Below are positions 9,438 through 18,071 of a stretch of DNA of 64,000 nucleotides, piece by piece. A program made the translations under genes and the position numbers. Location: positions 1 to 64,000 of the forward strand of contig JABWCP010000016.1 in NCBI GenBank assembly GCA_013360215.1, written 5' to 3'. The notes under the pieces were generated by a model, which was not told the DNA's origin, did no database searches, and saw only the letters and a program-made list of their open reading frames with translations. This DNA is from a bacterium. Its GTDB lineage: Bacteria > CLD3 > SB21. How positions within the stretch are numbered: position 1 is the stretch's first letter; each line of letters begins with the position of its first letter.

Positions 9438-11911
9438 ACGTTTCTTAATGAAGATATCGGTACCTCCGGTACCGTTTTTAAAAGTTGATTTTTTCTTGCT
9501 ATCCATCGAACGGCTATAACCGTGAAGGCTACCACGGAGATTGCTGAAATAGGCATGATCACTGCCGCAGCTACCGGCGCCAAAAGACCTTGCACAGCTA
9601 AAGTAACAGCCACAAGGTTATATAGTAGTGTGAGTCCGAACGCCGCGTACACTGTTTTTTTGGTTTGTCTAGCAAAAATTAAAAAACGCGCTAACTGTGG
9701 CAGCGCTTTAACATCCATGATCGCATCGGAACTCGGCGTGAACGCAGCCGTGTTTTCGGCAATCGCTACGCCCACATCGCTCTGCTTGAGCGCTCCGGCA
9801 TCATTGAGTCCGTCGCCAATCATCAAAACACGACGTCCGGACACCTGCTGCTGCCGAATAAATTGTAGTTTATCTATCGGTAATTGCCTAAAAAGCATTA
9901 CCGCACGGTTGGTAAACAATTGCTCTAGCCGATTTTTTTCACGGTCACTGTCTCCGGAGAGTACGAAAAGTTGATAGTCCTTCGGTATGACTTTGCTCAG
10001 GTATTCTGTGCCTTCTCGAAATTCTGATAAAATTGTAAAACACCCCAAAAGCGATCCATCAATCACAATATGCACCTGACTGCGTTGCGCATCACTGTAA
10101 AATGGGGAGTTTTCTGCCGACGGTAACCCTTCTAGCCATGCCAAGGAACCGATTTTCACATGATGACCATGTACGGTTGCTGTAATTCCTTTACCTGATA
10201 TTTCTTCATACCGATCAACGACATACGTTTCAACGTGATCCAGATGGTCATATACTGCACGGCTAAGCGGGTGTGTAGAATTACGAACTACGGCAGCAAT
10301 AATAGCTTGCTGTTCTTTGGTCAACGGGCTTCCTTCAAACGAAACCGATGAACTTTGCGACTTAGTCAACGTTCCTGTTTTGTCAAAAACGATCGTATTG
10401 ATCGCTGCTAGGTTTTCTACGACATGATAGTTTTTAATATAAAGTTGCTGCTCCGACAGTACGCGCAATGCGGTGCCAAATGTAAAGGGAATGGAGAGAG
10501 GTAAACCGCACCCGCAGGAAACAATCAGAACCGAAGTCACCGTGTCAATCAACATGGCCGGATCGGTCGCATACCAATACACGCCCGTCATAACGGCGAT
10601 TGTTAATACGGCCGCCGTAAAATACTTGGCCACCGTATTGGAAATATTCTGAATTCGACTTTCCGATGAACCCGTGAAGGCTTCTTGATTCCACAACTGT
10701 TGCAAATAACTTTGTGATACTTCTTTGACCACTTCCACTTCGATAGCGGAACCGGTTTGACGCCCTCCGGCAAAAATTTTATCACCCTGCATCACCGATA
10801 CAGGTATACTTTCCCCGGTAACAAAACTATAATCAATCGTCGCAATCCCATTGATCAATACGCTATCCGCCGGTATGAGCTCCTGATAACGAACAATTAA
10901 CACATCTCCAACCCGCACCTGTTCGATCGGTATCACTATGGCGGAATCGCCTGTTTTTTTCTGTACCGCAAGCGGAAAATAGGATTTCAGATTGCGTTCA
11001 AACGACAACGTATAAAATGTTTTTTTCTGAAATATTTTTCCTATCAAAAGAAAAAAAGTAAGCCCTGCCAGCGAATCCAAATAACCGGAGCCGAATCCGT
11101 GGGTGATATCCCAAAGGCTGCGAACGATCAACGTCGTTATACCGATCGAAATCGGTACGTCCATCGTGATCGTTTTTTCTTTTAGCGCATTAAATGCTGA
11201 CGAAAAAAAACCGCTCACGGCATATAGTAACGGCAGCGCTACCACGATGCTTAAATATCTAAAATAATCCCTCAGTGGCGCCTCGATCTGCCCGCCGGCA
11301 AGGTAGTCGGGTAATGCCAGCAACATAATGTTACCAAAACAAAAACCGGCTATACCTAACTTGATATATAGATGACGCTCGACGGCAGGTGCTGTAGCCC
11401 CAGCTTTATCGTGCCTTGAAAAATCGGGTTCATAACCTATCGAAGCAAGCCTTTCCGCTATCTGCCGCAATGATGTCAATCGATCATCAAATAGGATATA
11501 AGCTTCCTTACGTAGGAAATCTACACGTACCGATTGTATACCGGATTCCATTTTATGCAGATGTTCCAAAAGCCAGATGCATGCGCTACAATGAATTTGC
11601 GGTAAAAATAACGTTACACGAACACGATGATCATGTTCGAACTGTATAAATGAACTCCGTAACTCAGGTATATCCAGAAATTCATATTTAACATTAACTT
11701 TGGCTTTAGGAAGGGAGCGCGCGCCGTCTTTAAGATCGTAATATTCCCCCAGATCATGCTCGTGCAAAATTTGATAAACCCATTGGCATCCTTGGCAGCA
11801 AAATGTTTTTCCGCTGATTTGGACTGTGTCCGTATCGCAAATATCACCACAATGAATACACGTTTGCTTGGATTGAATAGTTGTTTCTGCCATAGACGGT
11901 GAGTTAGACAT
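9434..11911 (-). CDS. ccoI: Heavy-metal (Cu) P1B-type ATPase CcoI/FixI
   Basis: N-terminal CxHCG..CCxGC, HMA-like HCSAC, TGES, DKTGT, HP, GDGLND and YN. TM6 reads CGC rather than CPC. Confidence 0.93.
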   Translation of the reverse strand: MSNSPSMAETTIQSKQTCIHCGDICDTDTVQISGKTFCCQGCQWVYQILHEHDLGEYYDLKDGARSLPKAKVNVKYEFLDIPELRSSFIQFEHDHRVRVTLFLPQIHCSACIWLLEHLHKMESGIQSVRVDFLRKEAYILFDDRLTSLRQIAERLASIGYEPDFSRHDKAGATAPAVERHLYIKLGIAGFCFGNIMLLALPDYLAGGQIEAPLRDYFRYLSIVVALPLLYAVSGFFSSAFNALKEKTITMDVPISIGITTLIVRSLWDITHGFGSGYLDSLAGLTFFLLIGKIFQKKTFYTLSFERNLKSYFPLAVQKKTGDSAIVIPIEQVRVGDVLIVRYQELIPADSVLINGIATIDYSFVTGESIPVSVMQGDKIFAGGRQTGSAIEVEVVKEVSQSYLQQLWNQEAFTGSSESRIQNISNTVAKYFTAAVLTIAVMTGVYWYATDPAMLIDTVTSVLIVSCGCGLPLSIPFTFGTALRVLSEQQLYIKNYHVVENLAAINTIVFDKTGTLTKSQSSSVSFEGSPLTKEQQAIIAAVVRNSTHPLSRAVYDHLDHVETYVVDRYEEISGKGITATVHGHHVKIGSLAWLEGLPSAENSPFYSDAQRSQVHIVIDGSLLGCFTILSEFREGTEYLSKVIPKDYQLFVLSGDSDREKNRLEQLFTNRAVMLFRQLPIDKLQFIRQQQVSGRRVLMIGDGLNDAGALKQSDVGVAIAENTAAFTPSSDAIMDVKALPQLARFLIFARQTKKTVYAAFGLTLLYNLVAVTLAVQGLLAPVAAAVIMPISAISVVAFTVIAVRWIARKNQLLKTVPEVPISSLRNV

Positions 11912-11980
11912 TTTTTTGTTAGACGGTTTCGAAATTACAATGAGGATAAAGGAATCCTCTGTCAGAATTTCTGATAACTA

Positions 11981-12044
11981 ATTATAATTTTTTTACAATT
12001 CCTTCTCAAAGATGTGAATCATCTTTAAGTATGACTTTTATCAG
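11981..12044 (-). promoter_or_regulatory. cco operon promoter with two FNR/CRP-like boxes
   Basis: TTGAGA(12009-12004)-17 nt-TATAAT(11986-11981). Boxes ATGAT-TCAC-ATCTT (12022-12009) and CTGAT-AAAA-GTCAT (12044-12031). Confidence 0.6.
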
Positions 12045-12218
12045 GCAATATCGTTTTTTCATTAGATTAATTATCATAAGATGAAGTTTTATTTATATTT
12101 AAATAAATTTAAACAATTAAAATAAACTACATTCCTGATTTAATACCATTTATATAATACATGATTTCAGATGTTTTTTAGAGTTAATCAATTTTGGTTG
12201 GAATAAATTTTAAAAATA

Positions 12219-12251
12219 AATGTTGCAACATTAGGTGTTATAACATATATT
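12219..12251 (+). promoter_or_regulatory. yceI promoter overlapped by two palindromic operators
   Basis: TTGCAA(12223)-17 nt-TATATT(12246); perfect palindromes AATGTTGCAACATT (12219-12232) and TGTTATAACA (12236-12245). Confidence 0.6.
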
Positions 12252-12307
12252 AACCTAATTAGTTCATAATCCACTTAACCGTTCTAAACATAAACAGGAG
12301 TTACCAG

Positions 12308-12892
12308 ATGAATCGCATGATGGTTTTTGCCGCCGCATTGCTTATCAATGTAAGCGCATTTGCACAGTCCAATTGGGGTGTTGATGTTTCTCACTCCAAT
12401 GTTCTTTTCACAGTTTCCCACCTTGTTGTTTCCGATGTACAAGGCTATTTCAAAGAATTTGATGCAACCCTAGGTTACAGCAAAGAAGATTTTTCTGATG
12501 CTACCGCTACGATGACCATCAAAGTCAACAGTATCAATACGGGAATCGAAAAACGCGATGCACACCTTAAAGCTGACGATTTTTTTGCGGCCGACAAATT
12601 TGCTGACATTACATTTGCAAGCAAATCATTCAAAAAAACCGGTAAAAACACGTTTAAAATAACCGGCGATCTCACTATGCGTGGTACCACTAAAACCGTG
12701 GAATTAGACGCTGTGTATCGCGGCGAGATCAAAGATCCGTGGGGCAATACCAAATCCGGCTGGAAAATCAATGGCACCGTCAATCGTTTTGATTACGGCC
12801 TCAAATGGAATGCCGCAATGGAAACAGGTGGACTTGTCGTAGGAGAAAATGTTGATATTACCATTAACCTCGAAATGGTAAAAAAGAAATAA
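12308..12892 (+). CDS. yceI: YceI family polyisoprenoid-binding periplasmic protein
   Basis: Signal peptide; D..HS.V.F.V.H, SINTG..KRDAHLK..DFF, GDLTMRG.TK, DPWG and R.DYGL.WN motifs. Confidence 0.95.
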   Translation: MNRMMVFAAALLINVSAFAQSNWGVDVSHSNVLFTVSHLVVSDVQGYFKEFDATLGYSKEDFSDATATMTIKVNSINTGIEKRDAHLKADDFFAADKFADITFASKSFKKTGKNTFKITGDLTMRGTTKTVELDAVYRGEIKDPWGNTKSGWKINGTVNRFDYGLKWNAAMETGGLVVGENVDITINLEMVKKK

Positions 12893-12912
12893 ACCCCCTT
12901 TTCCCCTTATAT

Positions 12913-12949
12913 AAGAGGCGACGCAACTTCGGTTCGTCGCCTCTTTTTT
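12913..12949 (+). terminator. Intrinsic terminator after yceI
   Basis: AAGAGGCGACG...CGTCGCCTCTT stem plus T-run. Confidence 0.85.
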
Positions 12950-12985
12950 ATTTAATATCACTCATAGTTTTTTTACATTAATACC

Positions 12986-13435
12986 ATGCGTATCGAAGAG
13001 CGAATACATCAAAAGAAATTTCGTAACGAATACCATAAGCTTTTAGCTAATATCGCCTACCACCATCACTGGCTTATGGTCGAGCAACAAAAATTACTGA
13101 AACCGTTTGGCATTTCATTTACTCAATGGAATGCCTTAAGTATCTTACGCGGCCAATATCCCCATGCGGCTTCGATTCTTTTGATCAAAGAACGCATGAT
13201 TGATCAAAGTTCGGATGTGTCACGTTTGGTTTCACGATTATTACATAAAAAATGGGTTACGCGAACTACTTGTCCGAAAGATCGTCGTCAGGTTGATGTC
13301 GTCATAACACAAAAAGGCCTTGACCTGCTTGCTCAGATTGATCCCTTAGCTGAACAATTTGAAAGCCTGATTACTCATCTTGACGAAAAAGATGCGCAAT
13401 TGGTTAATAGCATCATGGATAAATTGAGAAAGTAA
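12986..13435 (+). CDS. MarR family transcriptional regulator
   Basis: Q.N.L.ILRG, SDVSRLVSRL, DRR.V.V.IT.KG winged-helix pattern. Confidence 0.93.
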   Translation: MRIEERIHQKKFRNEYHKLLANIAYHHHWLMVEQQKLLKPFGISFTQWNALSILRGQYPHAASILLIKERMIDQSSDVSRLVSRLLHKKWVTRTTCPKDRRQVDVVITQKGLDLLAQIDPLAEQFESLITHLDEKDAQLVNSIMDKLRK

Positions 13436-13439
13436 AATC

Positions 13440-14372
13440 ATGCGTTTTTTTATTCTCTTATGTCTATTTAATTTCTCAGCTTGCTCCGTCAAACAGTCAT
13501 CGCCTATTACAGAACAACCTTTTACCCCCTCACACGAATTTAGTTCCTATTGGTATCAAGGGCAGGCTGAAATTACACGTTATGAACTCACGCAAGCCCG
13601 CTATGGCGAATTACGTAAGGGAAATGCAATTTTAATTTTTGTCACGGAGGATTTTCTCACCGAAAAACAAGTCAAATTAGAAAATTATACACCCGATTCG
13701 AAGGCGCATTCAATCCCCATTTTGAAGCTTAATTTTGTTTCAAATTTTAATACCGGCATATACAGCTATTCACCGATGGTTTCCGCATTTATGCCGCTTG
13801 ATACATCTCGCTACCGCTACCCTATCAAAATCACCGGTTCCGTCCAAGAGTGGTGCGGTCTTGTATTTACTCAAATCAATCATCGTAACAATCAATTTAA
13901 CGTACAGAGTTATTCATACTTCGAAAATGAAGGCGACGAATCATATCCTCTTGAACCTGCCTGGCTTGAAGATGCATTGTGGACTAAGGGGCGCCTTGGC
14001 CCGACCGCTTTGCCTACCGGCCGTATTCGAATAATCCCGGGACTTACCCAATCACGATTTTTACACCGTCGTCTGGGTGTGGAAACGGCTGAAGCCTCGA
14101 TTCAGGAGTTACCCGATGATCGCGGACAAACAGGTCCAATCATTTCATACAAAATCGAATATACATCCTACGATCGTACACTCATCATCAACTTCAAAAA
14201 AGCGTGGCCTCACGAGATTACTTCGTTTGAAGGAATTTATATGGATGGTTTTGGGGAAAAAGCCAAGAAACTGCACTCCATTGGCATCAGGACACACACC
14301 ATTAAAACAGACTATTGGACTAAAAATACCAATGCGGACTCCACCTATCGTGAATTGTTGGGCCTTAAATGA
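13440..14372 (+). CDS. Conserved hypothetical lipoprotein
   Basis: Lipobox FSAC at residue 15; YWYQG.AEITRY.L.QARYGE, IFVTEDF, QEWCG and SYFE.EGD motifs recalled from an uncharacterised Bacteroidota-type family. Confidence 0.75.
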   Translation: MRFFILLCLFNFSACSVKQSSPITEQPFTPSHEFSSYWYQGQAEITRYELTQARYGELRKGNAILIFVTEDFLTEKQVKLENYTPDSKAHSIPILKLNFVSNFNTGIYSYSPMVSAFMPLDTSRYRYPIKITGSVQEWCGLVFTQINHRNNQFNVQSYSYFENEGDESYPLEPAWLEDALWTKGRLGPTALPTGRIRIIPGLTQSRFLHRRLGVETAEASIQELPDDRGQTGPIISYKIEYTSYDRTLIINFKKAWPHEITSFEGIYMDGFGEKAKKLHSIGIRTHTIKTDYWTKNTNADSTYRELLGLK

Positions 14373-14977
14373 TACGAGCTATTTTTTTTGATCTTGGAAA
14401 AGTACTTGTAGATTTTGATTGGAATACTGCGGCTGAACATATTTCTCGCAAGTCTGAACTCAAAATCACTGAAATCATTTATCGTTGCACAGCCAGCGAC
14501 ATAGCCATTGCATTTGAATGTGGGCAATTAGATTCAAAAGAGTTCCTTGAAAAACTAAAATTGAGTTTGAGATTTCGAGGAACAAACAATGAACTTCATT
14601 CTTTGTGGACTGAAATTTTTACCCCCATCCATAATAACATTGAACTGCTTTATCGGTTGAAACCACACTATACTTTAGGTTTGATTTCCAATACAAACAC
14701 ACTTCATTTCGATTATATCTGCAACACGTATGATTTTACCAAAGAATTTGACAAACTAATACTATCATACGAAGTTGGTGCGATGAAACCCGCTCGACAA
14801 ATCTTTGAAAAAGCCATTGTCGGTATGAGCCTTCACTCTGAAGAAATAATTTTTATTGATGATATTGCGAAAAATCTAGTTGGCGCTACGGACTTAGGTT
14901 GGCAGACTATACATTATACCGGGCACGACGCCTTGATAAAAAATCTACAAATATTTAATGTTATCATATTAAAATAG
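14369..14977 (+). CDS. HAD-superfamily phosphatase (YihX-like)
   Basis: FDLGKVLVD, ISNTN, KP and FIDD motifs. Confidence 0.92.
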   Translation: MIRAIFFDLGKVLVDFDWNTAAEHISRKSELKITEIIYRCTASDIAIAFECGQLDSKEFLEKLKLSLRFRGTNNELHSLWTEIFTPIHNNIELLYRLKPHYTLGLISNTNTLHFDYICNTYDFTKEFDKLILSYEVGAMKPARQIFEKAIVGMSLHSEEIIFIDDIAKNLVGATDLGWQTIHYTGHDALIKNLQIFNVIILK

Positions 14978-15007
14978 AAAAGAGGGGTTCAATCGAACCC
15001 CTCTTTT
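14978..15007. terminator. Bidirectional terminator between HAD gene and gdhA
   Basis: AAAAGAGGGGTTC-AATC-GAACCCCTCTTTT between convergent genes. Confidence 0.88.
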
Positions 15008-15031
15008 ATCAATATTAATTTCAAATCGCTT

Positions 15032-16372
15032 TTATACCAAACCTTGATCCATCATAGCGTTAGCGACTTTTAAGAATCCGGCAATATTTCCTCCAACCAC
15101 ATAGTTACCCGGGTGACCGTATTCTTTTGCTGTATGCAATGACGTATCGTGTATACTCTTCATGATACCACGCAGACGTTGATCCACCTCTTCAGCGGAC
15201 CACGGCAACCGCATACTGTTTTGTGTCATTTCCAGACCGGATGTTGCTACACCGCCGGCATTGGAAGCTTTACCGGGTGAAAACAGAATACCGGCTTGTT
15301 TGAACACTTCGTAGGCATCCAGAGTACTCGGCATATTAGCGCCTTCGCAAACGCAGATACATCCGTTTTTTACAAGCTCTTTGGCGTCTTCGACGCCAAG
15401 TTCATTTTGTGTAGCGCATGGTACGGCAACATCCACTTTTACACTCCATGGACGTTTGCCGGCATGATACTCTACTTTGAACTCATCAGCGTAATCTTTG
15501 ACGCGGTCTTTACCGCTTGCACGCATTTTGAGCATATAATTTATTTTTTCACCTTGAATGCCGTCTTTGTCATATACGAAACCATCGGGACCTGAAATAG
15601 TAACTACTTTGCCGCCCAATTCCGAAATTTTAAGTGCCGCACCCCAAGCCACATTGCCAAATCCCGATACGGCAAAGGTCAACCCTTTAATGTCTTTACC
15701 TTTGGTGCGCAGCATTTCTTGTGCAAAATAGGTAACGCCAAATCCTGTAGCTTCCGGACGAATCAAAGAACCGCCCCAGTTGATACCTTTACCCGTGAGA
15801 ACACCGGTAAATTCATTTTTCAGCCTCTTATATTGACCAAAAAGAAATCCGATTTCGCGACCACCGACGCCGATATCCCCTGCGGGAACATCCAGATCGG
15901 CACCGATATGTCTGTACAGTTCCGTCATAAAACTTTGGCAAAAGCGCATCACTTCGTTATCACTTTTTCCTTTGGGATCAAAATCCGAACCGCCTTTTCC
16001 GCCGCCCATGGGCAGCGTAGTTAGGCTATTTTTGAAAACCTGTTCAAAAGCCAAAAACTTTAAAATCCCGAGATTGACGGACGGGTGAAAACGTAAACCA
16101 CCCTTATACGGCCCGATAGCGCTGTTCATTTGCACGCGAAAGCCGCGATTGATATGTATTTCTCCCTGGTCGTCTTGCCAAGGAACACGAAACATGACTA
16201 CACGTTCCGGTTCGACCATACGCTCTAATATTTTAGCCGTACGATATTCCGGATGACGGTCTAATACCGGTTCTAATGATTCGGCCACTTCTTGGACTGC
16301 TTGATGAAATTCCGGCTCCGCCGGATTTTTGGCTTTAACTTGCGCCAAAACCGATTTGACGTAGTCTGACAT
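15032..16372 (-). CDS. gdhA: NADP-specific glutamate dehydrogenase
   Basis: GPYKGGLRFHP, GGGKGG, PAGDIGVGGRE, RPEATG, GFGNVA and EGANMP motifs. Confidence 0.98.
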   Translation of the reverse strand: MSDYVKSVLAQVKAKNPAEPEFHQAVQEVAESLEPVLDRHPEYRTAKILERMVEPERVVMFRVPWQDDQGEIHINRGFRVQMNSAIGPYKGGLRFHPSVNLGILKFLAFEQVFKNSLTTLPMGGGKGGSDFDPKGKSDNEVMRFCQSFMTELYRHIGADLDVPAGDIGVGGREIGFLFGQYKRLKNEFTGVLTGKGINWGGSLIRPEATGFGVTYFAQEMLRTKGKDIKGLTFAVSGFGNVAWGAALKISELGGKVVTISGPDGFVYDKDGIQGEKINYMLKMRASGKDRVKDYADEFKVEYHAGKRPWSVKVDVAVPCATQNELGVEDAKELVKNGCICVCEGANMPSTLDAYEVFKQAGILFSPGKASNAGGVATSGLEMTQNSMRLPWSAEEVDQRLRGIMKSIHDTSLHTAKEYGHPGNYVVGGNIAGFLKVANAMMDQGLV

Positions 16373-16916
16373 ACTATGCCTCTACCTGGATTAATTAAAA
16401 CAAATTTTATTCATTTCCGCGCAAATCTCGTTATTTATACTCTGAAAGTCAATATTTTTGGAATGTTATCTGGCGTGAGAGACTCTAGTTACCCCCATAT
16501 TTCGCTAAATTAATTTGGCTTGTGATTGGAATAAATATAGGCCTGCAACTTTATGTTTTAAAACACTCACTTATAGTATTATGGCGTGTAAGTTTGACCG
16601 CATACTTTTGGTTTCCGCTAATTTATGAATATATGTGAGATCTATCCCACATGGAGAGGTCAGCAATATCTTTTAGTTAAATTATTTTTAATTGGGCTAA
16701 AGAAGAACATGCTACATTGTAGCCAATAGGACGAATGCCGATCCTACTATCATGTAGGCATTATTTAAAGAGTGCTCCTTATCGACCAATATACGTACCC
16801 ACCCTTATCCCGAAAGCAGTAAAATAGTTCGCTCGTGCCTGTAGGATTTTCTGGTGAGCATGTAAAGCTTTCCATATTTAGTTGTTGCCCATTAATTGTT
16901 CTCCTATGAATTTTCC

Positions 16917-16948
16917 AAAAAAAAACCCTTCCTCGATGAGGAAGGGTT
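16917..16948 (-). terminator. Intrinsic terminator of the TBDR/CTD-protein/PorV operon
   Basis: AACCCTTCCTC-GAT-GAGGAAGGGTT stem with a long U-tract on the minus strand. Confidence 0.88.
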
Positions 16949-16968
16949 CTTGTCAAAGGAAGATATTC

Positions 16969-18000
16969 TTAGAATTTAAACCCGACGGAAAAACGATGTG
17001 TTCCGCCAAGAATTCCCATATTCAAATAACCGTAATCAACAGTAGCTCCAAAGCTGTCGTTGAATTTATAATCAACACCAGCGCCCATAGTCAAACCGCT
17101 CATACCAGCATCGCTACCGGTATTATAGTCACGGTCTTTTTTCAATGTCGAAGTGTAGCCTGCGCGAGCAAAAAACATATTTTGGAATCCATATTCCAAT
17201 CCAAAATTTGTACGGCTGGCTTGAAAACTGTTAATATTTTGCTCTAACATACCCGTAATCGAATTCTGTTCGTTACGCATCAAATCCATACTGGCACCAA
17301 AATTAACAGAAGCCGGCATATTGAAGAATTCAGACTCATATGCCAAATAAGCCGTTTCGTTCGTCAAAGGATCAACTGTAATGGTTTGTAGGAGACCATC
17401 ACCTTTGTATGATGCTTGAGGGCCAAGGTTGTTTACAACAAAACCTAACTTCAAACCACGGAAATCGGTGTTATAGGTAAAGCCAAAATCAAACGCATAA
17501 TTGCTCGCGCTAACAAGATCAATTTGCGAATTGATAAATTTGACCGTTAAACCGCCGCTTACTCGATCCGTGACTTGTTTGGCAAAAGTTACACCTACGG
17601 AAAGTTCGTAAGGTGCATAATTTCCAATTCCGCCATCAGGATTTGCTTCACTTGTGCGCTGAATATCGCCATAACTCATGTAGTTAATGCTGGCGCCGAT
17701 CACACCTGCATCACCCATGGGAAATGTTATCGCACCGTAGTTTGAAGAAATGCCTGCAAAATGATTCAAATAAGAAAAACTAAATGTCGGCGAAGTAGCT
17801 GCTGACACATTAGCCGGATTCCAATAAATAGCATTGGCACCGGATGTCGTAGTAATGCCCGATTGGCCGAGCGCGACTTCACGTGCGCCCATCGGAACTT
17901 TGAGGAACATAAAGCCGGCCGTACCGCGCTTTTCTTCACCTGCAAAAGCATTGATGGTGTACATCAGTGCCAAAGCTAAGGCTAATATCTTATGTTTCAT
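16969..18000 (-). CDS. PorV/PorQ-family (UPF0164-like) outer-membrane beta-barrel
   Basis: Signal peptide (start ATG 18000 with AGGAG), FLK.P.GAR..ALG, A.YWNPA, NLGP, G.EY and HRFSVGFKF C-terminal beta-signal. Confidence 0.85.
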   Translation of the reverse strand: MKHKILALALALMYTINAFAGEEKRGTAGFMFLKVPMGAREVALGQSGITTTSGANAIYWNPANVSAATSPTFSFSYLNHFAGISSNYGAITFPMGDAGVIGASINYMSYGDIQRTSEANPDGGIGNYAPYELSVGVTFAKQVTDRVSGGLTVKFINSQIDLVSASNYAFDFGFTYNTDFRGLKLGFVVNNLGPQASYKGDGLLQTITVDPLTNETAYLAYESEFFNMPASVNFGASMDLMRNEQNSITGMLEQNINSFQASRTNFGLEYGFQNMFFARAGYTSTLKKDRDYNTGSDAGMSGLTMGAGVDYKFNDSFGATVDYGYLNMGILGGTHRFSVGFKF

Positions 18001-18071
18001 ACTTTCTCCTTTTGTGATTAGTAGTCCCGCCGACAATGTCGGCGGGGTTACTTTAAACTGCTTCAATACGA

